A stretch of DNA of 64,000 bases from Escherichia coli (GTDB lineage: Bacteria > Pseudomonadota > Gammaproteobacteria > Enterobacterales > Enterobacteriaceae). Position numbers and translations under genes: made by a program. The DNA is taken from NCBI RefSeq assembly GCF_048403405.1, contig NZ_CP183129.1; one strand, given 5' to 3'. The notes under the pieces were generated by a model. The model was not told the DNA's origin, did no database searches, and was given only the letters and a program-made list of their open reading frames with translations. Of this stretch, positions 54,578-64,000 are shown in pieces. Every line of letters begins with the position of its first letter. The stretch's first letter is position 1.

Positions 54578-55115
54578 TATTTAAAGAAAAGCTCGTACGA
54601 AAGTGCGAGCTTTTTTTTTCGCATATTGCACTCCAGGGGGGATGAGAAGCCCCGACCGGGGTTCGACAACTGGCGCAGCCAGTTGGACAGACCACGAACA
54701 CAGTGAGTGGGCTGCCCGCAGGGCGAGCGAAGCGAGTCAATCCCCCCCTCACCGCCATATTCAAAGAAGAGCTCGTACGAAAGTGCGAGCTTTTTTTTCG
54801 CATATTGCACTCCAGGGGGGATGAGAAGCCCCGACCGGGGTTCGACAACTGGCGCAGCCAGTTGGACAGACCACGAACACAGTGAGTGGGCTGCCCGCAG
54901 GGCGAGCGAAGCGAGTCTATCCCCCCCTCACCGCCATATTTAAAGAAAAGCTCGTACGAAAGTGCGAGCTTTTTTTTCGCATATTGCACTCCAGGGGGGA
55001 TGAGAAGCCCCGACCGGGGTTCGACAACTGGCGCAGCCAGTTGGACAGACCACGAACGCAGTGAGTGGGCTGCCCGCAGGGCGAGCGAAGCGAGTCTATC
55101 CCCCCCTCACCGCCA
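54578..55115 (+). repeat. Three tandem direct repeats of ~179 bp (54578-54757, 54758-54936, 54937-55115) plus a degenerating fourth start; each unit has the terminator hairpin and ends with a copy of the tRNA-Ser 3-prime end (AATCCCCCCCTCACCGCCA)
   Basis: Near-identical units read directly from the sequence; occasional single-base differences between copies. Confidence 0.85.
54590..54620 (+). terminator. Terminator hairpin immediately after serW (first of four near-identical copies)
   Basis: AGCTCGTAC-GAAA-GTGCGAGCT followed by a T-run of 8-9. Confidence 0.7.
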
Positions 55116-55458
55116 TATTCAAAGAAGAGCTCGTACGAAAGTACGAGTTTTTTTTCGCATTTTATCTGCCTGTACGGCAGTAAACGGTATAAAAATCGGG
55201 TTTTTCTTTCGGCTGGCTTTCTAAGCTGCCTGTACGGCAGTGAACTCAAATACTACACGTCTAGCCCGTTGTTAATAAAGCAAAACCATCTCATTTTCCT
55301 GCTACCACCCTTTTTTATCCTTACCTTCCCGCAGCACTAATTATCAACAACTTACCATCATCATCAAAAAAAGGGTCTGAACCTCCTCCACCCCATAAAC
55401 AAAAAGTCCGTAACCTCTTTCGAGATTACGGACTTCACCAACCTACCTAACAATTAGA

Positions 55459-57735
55459 TTAATGCGCTGCTTCCGCCTTGTGCTTTTGTGCACTCTGGAA
55501 TCCATAAGTCAGCTCATTTTTCTCTTTATCCAGCGCAACCGTCACCTGACCGCCGTCCACCAGCGAACCAAACAACAGTTCGTTGGCGAGCGGTTTTTTC
55601 AGGTTGTCCTGGATGACACGCGCCATCGGACGTGCGCCCATTGCCCGGTCGTAACCTTTCTCGGCCAGCCAGTTACGCGCTTCCTGGCTCACTTCCAGAG
55701 AAACACCTTTCTGATCCAACTGAACCTGCAACTCGACGATGAATTTATCCACTACCTGATGGATCACGTCGGTTGACAGATGATCGAACCAGATAATGTT
55801 GTCGAGACGGTTACGAAACTCCGGCGTAAAGATCTTCTTGATCTCTTCCATCGCATCGGTGCTGTTGTCCTGGTGGATAAGACCAATCGATTTACGCTCA
55901 GTTTCTCGTACCCCAGCGTTGGTGGTCATCACCAATACCACGTTACGGAAGTCCGCTTTGCGTCCGTTGTTATCGGTCAGCGTACCGTTGTCCATCACCT
56001 GCAACAGAATATTGAACACGTCCGGGTGCGCTTTCTCGATTTCGTCCAGCAGCAGCACCGCATGTGGATGCTTGATGACCGCATCAGTCAGCAAACCGCC
56101 CTGATCAAAACCAACGTATCCCGGAGGCGCACCAATCAGACGGCTGACGGTATGGCGTTCCATATACTCGGACATATCAAAGCGCAGAAGCTCAATGCCC
56201 AAAGCTTTCGAAAGCTGTACCGTCACCTCTGTTTTCCCGACCCCGGTAGGGCCGGCAAACAGGAACGAACCGACCGGTTTATGTTCGTGACCTAAACCTG
56301 CACGCGCCATCTTAATGGCTTCAGTCAGCGCCTCGATGGCTTTATCCTGACCGAAGACCAGCATTTTCAGGCGATCGCCGAGGTTTTTCAGGGTATCGCG
56401 GTCACTCTGAGAAACACTCTTCTCTGGAATGCGCGCAATACGGGCCACCACGGACTCAATATCCGCCACATTAACGGTTTTCTTGCGTTTGCTTACCGGC
56501 ATCAGGCGTGCGCGAGCGCCCGCTTCGTCGATAACGTCAATGGCTTTATCCGGCAGATGACGATCGTTAATGTATTTCACCGCCAGCTCTACCGCTGCAC
56601 GCACCGCTTTTGCGGTATAACGCACGTCGTGGTGCGCTTCATACTTCGGTTTCAGGCCATTGATGATTTGAACAGTTTCTTCGATCGACGGTTCAGTAAT
56701 ATCAATTTTCTGGAAGCGACGCGCCAGAGCACGGTCTTTCTCGAAAATGTTGCTGAACTCCTGATAGGTTGTCGAACCAATTACGCGAATTTTACCGCTG
56801 GAGAGCAACGGTTTGATTAGGTTAGCCGCATCGACCTGACCACCAGACGCTGCACCCGCACCGATAATGGTGTGGATCTCATCAATAAACAGGATGCTGT
56901 TAGTGTCCTGCTCCAGCTGCTTGAGCAACGCTTTAAAACGTTTTTCAAAGTCGCCGCGATATTTTGTGCCCGCTAACAGAGAACCGATATCGAGAGAGTA
57001 AATCGTACAGTCAGCCATCACTTCCGGCACATCGCCCTGAACAATTCGCCAGGCAAGACCTTCTGCAATCGCGGTTTTACCGACACCAGATTCCCCCACC
57101 AGCAGCGGGTTGTTTTTACGGCGACGGCAGAGAACCTGAATAGCACGCTCCAGCTCCTTCTCACGACCAATCAGTGGGTCGATTCCGCCCACGCGCGCAA
57201 GCTGATTCAGGTTCGTCGTGAAATTCTCCATACGTTCCTCCCCACCAGCTTGTTCTTCGCTGTTTGGCTGGCTGCCAGGATCAGAAGACTGTGTCGGCTC
57301 GTCTTTACGCGTGCCATGAGAGATAAAGTTCACCACATCGAGACGGCTGACTTCATGTTTACGCAACAGATATGCCGCCTGCGACTCCTGTTCGCTAAAG
57401 ATAGCGACCAGAACGTTTGCACCGGTAACCTCATTGCGACCGGAGGACTGGACATGGAAGACCGCACGTTGCAGTACACGCTGAAAACTCAGCGTTGGCT
57501 GTGTGTCGCGCTCCTCTTCACTGGCAGGCAGAACGGGTGTGGTTTGTTCAATAAAGGCTTCCAGTTCCTGACGGAGCGCAACCAAATCCACAGAACACGC
57601 TTCCAGCGCCTCCCGGGCAGATGGGTTACTGAGCAGCGCCAGTAACAAGTGCTCGACGGTCATAAACTCATGACGGTGCTCGCGCGCTCTGGCGAAAGCC
57701 ATATTTAAACTGAGTTCCAGTTCTTGATTGAGCAT
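55459..57735 (-). CDS. clpA: ATP-dependent Clp protease ATPase subunit ClpA
   Basis: Start at [14 protein letters not shown] (758 aa); two AAA+ modules. Confidence 0.95.
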   Translation of the reverse strand: MLNQELELSLNMAFARAREHRHEFMTVEHLLLALLSNPSAREALEACSVDLVALRQELEAFIEQTTPVLPASEEERDTQPTLSFQRVLQRAVFHVQSSGRNEVTGANVLVAIFSEQESQAAYLLRKHEVSRLDVVNFISHGTRKDEPTQSSDPGSQPNSEEQAGGEERMENFTTNLNQLARVGGIDPLIGREKELERAIQVLCRRRKNNPLLVGESGVGKTAIAEGLAWRIVQGDVPEVMADCTIYSLDIGSLLAGTKYRGDFEKRFKALLKQLEQDTNSILFIDEIHTIIGAGAASGGQVDAANLIKPLLSSGKIRVIGSTTYQEFSNIFEKDRALARRFQKIDITEPSIEETVQIINGLKPKYEAHHDVRYTAKAVRAAVELAVKYINDRHLPDKAIDVIDEAGARARLMPVSKRKKTVNVADIESVVARIARIPEKSVSQSDRDTLKNLGDRLKMLVFGQDKAIEALTEAIKMARAGLGHEHKPVGSFLFAGPTGVGKTEVTVQLSKALGIELLRFDMSEYMERHTVSRLIGAPPGYVGFDQGGLLTDAVIKHPHAVLLLDEIEKAHPDVFNILLQVMDNGTLTDNNGRKADFRNVVLVMTTNAGVRETERKSIGLIHQDNSTDAMEEIKKIFTPEFRNRLDNIIWFDHLSTDVIHQVVDKFIVELQVQLDQKGVSLEVSQEARNWLAEKGYDRAMGARPMARVIQDNLKKPLANELLFGSLVDGGQVTVALDKEKNELTYGFQSAQKHKAEAAH

Positions 57736-57765
57736 AGGCACCTCCCCCAATTTTTATGCCTGCAT

Positions 57766-58086
57766 TCAGGCTTTTTCTAGCGTACACAGCAATGGATGCT
57801 CATTCTCCCTCGCGTACTTGTTCACCATCGCCACTTTGGTTTCTGCAACCTCGGCGGTAAAGACTCCGCAAATGGCCTTCCCCTGGTAGTGAACAGCGAG
57901 CATCAATTGCGTTGCACGTTCTACATCATAAGAAAAGAATTTTTGTAACACGTCAATAACAAACTCCATCGGAGTGTAATCATCATTGACTAATATCACT
58001 TTATACATAGATGGCGGTTTTAGCGCGTCGCGAACTTTTTCTTCCGCCAGTTGATCAAAGTCCAGCCAGTCGTTCGTTTTACCCAT
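57766..58086 (-). CDS. clpS: ClpA adaptor ClpS
   Basis: 106 aa. Confidence 0.95.
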
Positions 58087-58408
58087 TGTCAGTTATCATC
58101 TTCGGTTACGGTTATCGGCAGAACGCCCTGCCGCTGACAAGAGCTTATTTGCCTGACCAATCTACTCCACATGATAGATAACTATCATCTATCGTTGGCA
58201 TCAGCGACATCTGTCACATTCCTGTCAATAGCGTTAACTGCTTCAAATTTTTGATTCATACCTGCCCCCTGGCCCCTGTCAAATGCTTGACGGCTCGCCC
58301 TAATTCTCTAAATTGTATTTCTAGAGTTGGCGAGGTTTTGAACAGCCCCCTCTCTGACCCCGGTTTATTCCATCTTACTTGTATAAGATTTGCGAAGGAT
58401 GTCGAAGC

Positions 58409-58633
58409 ATGGAAAAGGGTACTGTTAAGTGGTTCAACAATGCCAAAGGGTTTGGTTTCATCTGCCCTGAAGGCGGCGGCGAAGATATTTTCGCTCATTA
58501 TTCCACCATTCAGATGGATGGTTACAGAACGCTAAAAGCTGGACAATCCGTTCAGTTTGATGTCCACCAGGGGCCAAAAGGCAATCACGCCAGTGTTATT
58601 GTGCCCGTCGAAGTAGAAGCGGCAGTCGCATAG
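58409..58633 (+). CDS. cspD: Cold-shock-domain protein CspD
   Basis: Start at MEKGTVKWFNNAKGFGFI (74 aa). Confidence 0.95.
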   Translation: MEKGTVKWFNNAKGFGFICPEGGGEDIFAHYSTIQMDGYRTLKAGQSVQFDVHQGPKGNHASVIVPVEVEAAVA

Positions 58634-58668
58634 CTCTTCTGTCTCATTGTGTACATCCTAAAGGCAAA

Positions 58669-58695
58669 ATGCCAGCCCGATCGGCTGGCATTTTT
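58669..58695. terminator. Bidirectional terminator between cspD and macB
   Basis: TGCCAGCC-CGATC-GGCTGGCA hairpin flanked by an A-run and TTTTT. Confidence 0.75.
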
Positions 58696-58705
58696 ATCTC
58701 AAAAA

Positions 58706-60652
58706 TTACTCTCGTGCCAGAGCATCTACTGGATCCAGTCGTGCCGCATTTCGTGCGGGTAACCAGCCAAATAAAATCCCGGTGACCGTCGAGCAGAGAA
58801 ACGCCAGCAGCAGCGCCAACGGTGAAAAACCAATCTCCCAGCCGGGTAAGAAAAGCTGCAAGGTGAAAGCAATTAACAGTGACAGTGTTATTCCCAACGC
58901 GCCACCGACCAGGCAAACCAGCACGGCTTCGATCAGGAACTGTTGCAACACATCACTTGCTCGCGCACCTACAGCCATGCGAATGCCAATTTCCCGCGTC
59001 CGCTCGGTCACTGACACCAGCATAATATTCATTACACCAATACCGCCCACCACTAGCGAAATCACTGCCACCAGCGTCAGAAACAGTTGTAAAGTACGTG
59101 TGGTCTTTTCAACGGTTTTCAAGACGCCGTCCATGTTCCAGGTAAAGAAATCCTTCTTACCGTGGCGCAGTGAAAGTAAACGCGTGAGTTGCTGTTCCGC
59201 CTCGGCGCTGTCAAATCCTTCTTTCACCCTGACAGTAATGGAGTTCAGCCACGACTGGCCCATAACTCGCCCGGACATAGTGCTGTAAGGTAGCCAGACA
59301 CGCAGCACTTTACTGCTACCAAACATCGACTGTTTTTCTTCCGCCACACCAATGACTCTGGCGGGCATATTGCCGACCAGAATCACCTCGCCAACCACAT
59401 CTGCTTTATGGGGGAAAAGCTGGCGGCGAGTATTACTGTCGAGAACCACGACCTGCGCACGACCGTTCAGCTGCTCCTGATTAAAGGTGTTCCCTTCACT
59501 GAAGGTCATGCCATAGACATTAAAATAATCGCCGCTCACGCCATTGGCACTGGCAGCCACATCAACATTGTTATAACGCAGGCGCAGGTTTTGCGAGACG
59601 GCAGGTGTGGCTGAGGCGACCCACGGTTGTTTTTGGATGGCGATTAAGTCATCGTACTTCAGCGCCTGCTGATATTGCGGATCGTCATCGCCAAAATCTT
59701 TCCCGGGATAGACATCAATAGTATTCGTACCAATAGAACGAATATCCGCCAGCACCATTTGTTTGGCGGCGTCGCCGACCACAACAATGGAAACCACCGA
59801 CGCAATACCGATAATAATCCCCAGCATGGTCAGTAAAGTACGCATTTTATTCGCTGCCAGCGCCCGCCATGCCATCGTCAGCGCCTCGTTAAAACCACTG
59901 ACAAACTGCCGCCAGCCAGACGCCGTGTTGACAACAGGTTCCGTCCCGCCAGCAACATTCACTTTTTCAATGGCGGGAGGATTGCGCACAATTTCACCGT
60001 CGCGAATTTCGATCACCCGCTCGGCCTGAGCAGCGACCTGCGGATCGTGGGTAACGATAATCACCGTATGCCCGCGATCGCGCAGCTGATGCAGGATCGC
60101 CATCACCTCTTCGCCAGAATGGCTGTCCAGTGCGCCGGTTGGTTCATCGGCAAGAATTACCTGACCGCCGTTCATCAATGCCCGCGCGATGCTGACGCGC
60201 TGTTGCTGACCACCCGAAAGCTGTGCCGGATAATACTCTGTACGGTCTTCCAGCCCCAGTCGTTGCAGCAACTCCTGGGCACGAAGCAGCCGCTGTTTCC
60301 GCTCAAGACCGGCATAGACGGCGGGTACTTCAACGTTCTGCTCGGCGGTTAAATGCGAAAGCAAATGGTAACGCTGGAAAATAAAGCCGAAATGCTCGCG
60401 GCGTAGTTGCGCCAGCGCATCGGCGTCCAGCGTGGCAACATCCTGACCGGCTACGCGATAGGTGCCGCTGGTGGCCTTATCCAGGCAGCCGAGAATATTC
60501 ATCAGGGTCGATTTACCGGAACCCGAAGCGCCGACAATCGCCACCATCTCACCAGCATAAATATCGAGGCTGATGCCCTTCAGCACCTCAACCTGCTCAT
60601 CACCGGCAGGATAGCTGCGACGAATATCCTTTAATTCGAGCAAGGGCGTCAT
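58706..60652 (-). CDS. macB: Macrolide export ABC transporter ATPase/permease MacB
   Basis: 648 aa, Walker [11 protein letters not shown]-terminal permease. Confidence 0.9.
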   Translation of the reverse strand: MTPLLELKDIRRSYPAGDEQVEVLKGISLDIYAGEMVAIVGASGSGKSTLMNILGCLDKATSGTYRVAGQDVATLDADALAQLRREHFGFIFQRYHLLSHLTAEQNVEVPAVYAGLERKQRLLRAQELLQRLGLEDRTEYYPAQLSGGQQQRVSIARALMNGGQVILADEPTGALDSHSGEEVMAILHQLRDRGHTVIIVTHDPQVAAQAERVIEIRDGEIVRNPPAIEKVNVAGGTEPVVNTASGWRQFVSGFNEALTMAWRALAANKMRTLLTMLGIIIGIASVVSIVVVGDAAKQMVLADIRSIGTNTIDVYPGKDFGDDDPQYQQALKYDDLIAIQKQPWVASATPAVSQNLRLRYNNVDVAASANGVSGDYFNVYGMTFSEGNTFNQEQLNGRAQVVVLDSNTRRQLFPHKADVVGEVILVGNMPARVIGVAEEKQSMFGSSKVLRVWLPYSTMSGRVMGQSWLNSITVRVKEGFDSAEAEQQLTRLLSLRHGKKDFFTWNMDGVLKTVEKTTRTLQLFLTLVAVISLVVGGIGVMNIMLVSVTERTREIGIRMAVGARASDVLQQFLIEAVLVCLVGGALGITLSLLIAFTLQLFLPGWEIGFSPLALLLAFLCSTVTGILFGWLPARNAARLDPVDALARE

Positions 60653-61764
60653 TGTGCAGCTCCTGGTTTGGCCTCACCAATCACCACTTCATCGCCCGCT
60701 TCCAGCCCTTTGACAATCTCAACATCGGTATCGTTACGTGCGCCAATCGTCACTTCACGCTCGCGTGTTTCACCATTACGCAACAATTTGACTTTATAAC
60801 GATTATCGCCAACCGGATCGCCTAACGCCGACAAAGGGATCGTCAGCACATTTTTCACATCGGTGAGCTGAATATGCACTTGCGCGGTCATATCCAGCCG
60901 CAGCAAACCATTGGGGTTGGGTACTTCAAAACGGGCGTAATAGAAAATAGCGTCGTTAACCTTTTCCGGCGTCGGTAGCACATCCTTGATTTGCCCTTCG
61001 TAGCGCGTCAGCGGATCGCCAAGCACCGTAAACCAGGCTTTTTGCCCCGGCTTCAGGTGGATTACATCCGCTTCAGAAACCTGCGCTTTTACCAGCATGG
61101 TGCTCATATCTGCCAGCGTCAGAATGTTCGGTGCTTGTTGTGCGGCAATCACCGTCTGGCCTTGCAGAGTGGTGATTTGCGTGACTTCCCCGGCCATCGG
61201 AGCAACGATGCGGGTGTAATCGAGATTGGTTTTAGCCGTATCGAGAGAGGCCTGATTGCGCTTGATTTGCGCGTCAATGGTGCCAATTTGCGCCTGTTTC
61301 ACAGCCATCTCCGTCGCGGCGGTATCGAGATCCTGCTGTGAAACCGCCTGCGTTTGTGCAAGACGTTGCTGACGGGAATACGTCACCCGCGCCAGTTTCA
61401 GCTCCGCTTCCGCCTGCTGCCGCTGCGCGCGTAGCTCCATCAGCGTTGCTTCCACCTCCTTGATCTGGTTTTCAGCCTGTTCAGGATCAATAACCCCTAA
61501 AAGCTGGTCTTTTTTTACTTTATCGCCAATCGCCACCGACAGCGTTTTCAACTGACCGCTGACCTGCGCGCCCACATCAACCTTACGCAGCGCGTCCAGC
61601 TTTCCGGTCGCCAGCACGCTTTGCTGTAAATCACCGGGGCGCACAATCAGCGTCTGATAAGTCGGCACGGGTGCGTTAAGAATTCTCCATAACGTAATCA
61701 GCCCGGCGATGACTATCACCAGCGCAATAACGTAACGCTTCTTCACGGTTTTCCGCTTTTTCAT
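60649..61764 (-). CDS. macA: Macrolide export membrane fusion protein MacA
   Basis: Start at [18 protein letters not shown] (371 aa); overlaps macB start. Confidence 0.9.
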   Translation of the reverse strand: MKKRKTVKKRYVIALVIVIAGLITLWRILNAPVPTYQTLIVRPGDLQQSVLATGKLDALRKVDVGAQVSGQLKTLSVAIGDKVKKDQLLGVIDPEQAENQIKEVEATLMELRAQRQQAEAELKLARVTYSRQQRLAQTQAVSQQDLDTAATEMAVKQAQIGTIDAQIKRNQASLDTAKTNLDYTRIVAPMAGEVTQITTLQGQTVIAAQQAPNILTLADMSTMLVKAQVSEADVIHLKPGQKAWFTVLGDPLTRYEGQIKDVLPTPEKVNDAIFYYARFEVPNPNGLLRLDMTAQVHIQLTDVKNVLTIPLSALGDPVGDNRYKVKLLRNGETREREVTIGARNDTDVEIVKGLEAGDEVVIGEAKPGAAQ

Positions 61765-61878
61765 AAATATTCTGAATACTCCATATGCCAATCCGGGTCA
61801 TTAACTTCAACGAAATATCAACAAAACCCTAAAATTTACGTTAATAATCACACTATTGATGTTTGGTTAAGATACGCA

Positions 61879-62871
61879 ATGGTGAAATCGACGTCATGTA
61901 TAACCATTGATTTCATGAATATGTCGCAGCTAACTGAACGGACCTTTACGCCATCTGAATCTCTCAGCAGCCTGTCACTTTTTCTTAGTCTGGCACGTGG
62001 ACAGTGTCGGCCGGGTAAATTCTGGCATCGCCGTAGTTTTCGCCAGAAATTTTTGCTGCGCTCGTTGATTATGCCGCGTTTAAGCGTTGAGTGGATGAAC
62101 GAACTTTCCCACTGGCCTAATCTCAATGTGTTGTTAACGCGCCAGCCGCGACTGCCTGTGCGTCTGCATCGCCCTTACCTTGCGGCGAATCTTAGCCGTA
62201 AGCAATTGCTGGAGGCGTTACGTTACCATTATGCGTTACTCCGCGGGTGTATGTCGGCGGAAGAATTCAGCTTATATTTGAATACCCCCGGGCTGCAACT
62301 GGCGAAGCTGGAAGGCAAAAACGGCGAGCAGTTCACACTTGAGCTGACCATGATGATCTCAATGGATAAAGAAGGTGACAGCACAATCCTGTTCCGCAAC
62401 AGCGAAGGTATTCCTCTGGCAGAGCTCACGTTTACCCTGTGTGAATATCAGGGGAAAAGAACGATGTTTATTGGCGGACTGCAAGGCGCAAAATGGGAAA
62501 TTCCACATCAGGAAATCCAGAATGCGACGAAAGCCTGCCACGGGCTATTTCCCAAACGCCTCGTGATGGAAGCGGCCTGTCTGTTTGCCCAACGTTTGCA
62601 GGTAGAGCAGATTATTGCCGTCAGCAATGAAACGCATATTTACCGCAGCCTGCGTTATCGCGATAAAGAAGGCAAGATCCATGCCGATTACAACGCTTTC
62701 TGGGAATCGGTTGGCGGCGTATGTGATGCTGAACGCCATTACCGCCTTCCGGCACAGATAGCACGAAAAGAGATTGCCGAAATCGCCAGTAAAAAACGGG
62801 CTGAATACCGTCGGCGCTATGAGATGCTCGACGCTATTCAGCCACAAATGGCCACGATGTTTCGCGGTTAA
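61879..62871 (+). CDS. ybjX: VirK/YbjX-family protein (DUF535)
   Basis: 330 aa, ATG at 61879. Confidence 0.8.
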   Translation: MVKSTSCITIDFMNMSQLTERTFTPSESLSSLSLFLSLARGQCRPGKFWHRRSFRQKFLLRSLIMPRLSVEWMNELSHWPNLNVLLTRQPRLPVRLHRPYLAANLSRKQLLEALRYHYALLRGCMSAEEFSLYLNTPGLQLAKLEGKNGEQFTLELTMMISMDKEGDSTILFRNSEGIPLAELTFTLCEYQGKRTMFIGGLQGAKWEIPHQEIQNATKACHGLFPKRLVMEAACLFAQRLQVEQIIAVSNETHIYRSLRYRDKEGKIHADYNAFWESVGGVCDAERHYRLPAQIARKEIAEIASKKRAEYRRRYEMLDAIQPQMATMFRG

Positions 62872-64000
62872 TCCGCGCGACCGCGCGCCAGCCACAGCAC
62901 GCGTGAGAACATTTTTTTCAGCAGCGTCGGTACGGAATCCACACCACGACGTCCTGCCTCCATTGCCACTTCAATGGCAAGATCGGGTTTGGAAGAGCGA
63001 TGGATCGCTTTCGAGATAATTTTGCGCAGATTCATCGGTACATTTTCCGGGATTTGCGCCACGCGGTGGAACACATCGGAAAATCCCTGGCGATACATAA
63101 AATGTTCCATATCCAGCGCCGGTAACGCCGTTAAATGTTCTCGTTCGGCTTCCCGATCGTTATTCAACAGGCTGCGTACCGTAGCGGCATATTTCTTCCC
63201 TGCTTCATCGCCATCGACCAGTACATGCCATTCAATCCCCATTCGCCGGGCAAATTTAACCAGTGGCTTTAGCCCGGACTGGGCAAACTCAATGACCTTG
63301 ATCCCTTCAGCATCAAAATGATGTCCGCACTGACGCGCCAGTTCATTGATAACCCAGGTTTCCGTTTCCCCTTCCACCAGCAGCCAGCAGCGTGCAAACA
63401 GCGATGATGGACGATTAAAACGAATGTGGAAAGAGATGCGTCGGCTGTCTTCGGTACTCAAACCACTCGGCCCCAGACGCCAGGCGGCAACGCGCGAGGA
63501 CTCACGTACCAGTCGGCAAATATGCTCTACCGGCGTTAACGAAAGCAACTCACCCGAGTTGGTGGTGGCAATGCGCTGCAATGGCAGAAGATTCAACAGA
63601 TGCCAGGCAACTGAAAGCATAATGGGGTGTAAACGGGTTTCTGGATCTTCGATCAGCAACAATGGACGGGCGTCTTTATCCAGTCGCAATGTGCCTTTTG
63701 CCTGCAATAAAGTAGCAAACAGGCCGAGCAAAATAACCCGATACGAGCGCCCTCCTGGTCGGTCAATCATCCTGTTGATGATATCCAGATAGCGCCAGCT
63801 TCGTTGCTCATTGCTGGCTCGCCGCCGCATTAAACGATATCGCGCCTGTCCGGCCCCCTGCTCAGAGAAATAATGCTCAAGCAGCTGTACCATTGCGGAA
63901 AGTCCCTGACGAATCTGTCCATCAGAGAGATTTTGCGGATGTGAGGACAACTCACGGGCGAGGAAATCGAGCTGGCGCGCGGTGACTTCCACATTAGGGA
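62868..64000 (-). CDS. ybjD: OLD-family ATP-dependent nuclease YbjD, C-terminal part (5-prime end beyond window)
   Basis: TOPRIM-like acidic motifs (LLVEGETE, LVDGDEAG) in the C-terminal region; the reading frame stays open to the window edge. Confidence 0.7.
   Translation of the reverse strand, partial: PNVEVTARQLDFLARELSSHPQNLSDGQIRQGLSAMVQLLEHYFSEQGAGQARYRLMRRRASNEQRSWRYLDIINRMIDRPGGRSYRVILLGLFATLLQAKGTLRLDKDARPLLLIEDPETRLHPIMLSVAWHLLNLLPLQRIATTNSGELLSLTPVEHICRLVRESSRVAAWRLGPSGLSTEDSRRISFHIRFNRPSSLFARCWLLVEGETETWVINELARQCGHHFDAEGIKVIEFAQSGLKPLVKFARRMGIEWHVLVDGDEAGKKYAATVRSLLNNDREAEREHLTALPALDMEHFMYRQGFSDVFHRVAQIPENVPMNLRKIISKAIHRSSKPDLAIEVAMEAGRRGVDSVPTLLKKMFSRVLWLARGRAD

Noticed and set aside
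54378-55340. Cluster of overlapping ORFs on both strands (e.g. 54378-54989, 54427-54810, 54886-55224, 54917-55249)
   Set aside because: They run through the serW gene and its tandem ~179-bp repeats; near-identical peptides repeat because the DNA repeats. No RBS or coding signal; treated as artefacts.

Overview
The window is an Escherichia coli chromosomal segment in two parts. Positions 1 to about 30.76 kb are the right-hand ~31 kb of a P2-like prophage (tail gene E at the left edge, then tail, baseplate, lysis, head, terminase, portal Q, cos, replication gene A, the C/cox switch and integrase). Positions ~30.8 to 64 kb are core chromosome in the order pflA, ycaM, ycaD, ycaC, dmsCBA, serS, rarA, lolA, ftsK, lrp, trxB, cydDC, aat, infA, tRNA-Ser (serW), clpA, clpS, cspD, macBA, ybjX, ybjD. 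The prophage backbone is collinear with P2, but each classical variable position carries cargo that looks low-GC by eye (not computed). (i) At the Z/fun position between G and FI there are two convergent genes: a protein with an N-terminal HNH-like nuclease motif and a protein with an HExxH motif. (ii) At the orf30 position between V and S there is an opposite-strand membrane protein with three hydrophobic segments. (iii) At the tin/old position between A and cos there is a 612-aa protein with a C-terminal HEPN-like R-x4-H motif. (iv) Between cos and portal gene Q there is a reverse transcriptase overlapping a downstream two-TM protein (retron-like or Abi-like). These cargo genes are the best candidates for anti-phage defence or superinfection exclusion; several cannot be assigned to a named system from sequence alone. 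Other notable features: an exact P2-type cos sequence; a prophage/host junction that replaces the canonical pflA start codon; three tandem ~179-bp repeats downstream of serW, each ending in a copy of the tRNA 3-prime end; PQ-rich tandem repeats in the ftsK linker. No CRISPR array or rRNA gene was seen. All protein calls rest on reading the supplied translations and on remembered family signatures; no database search was run.
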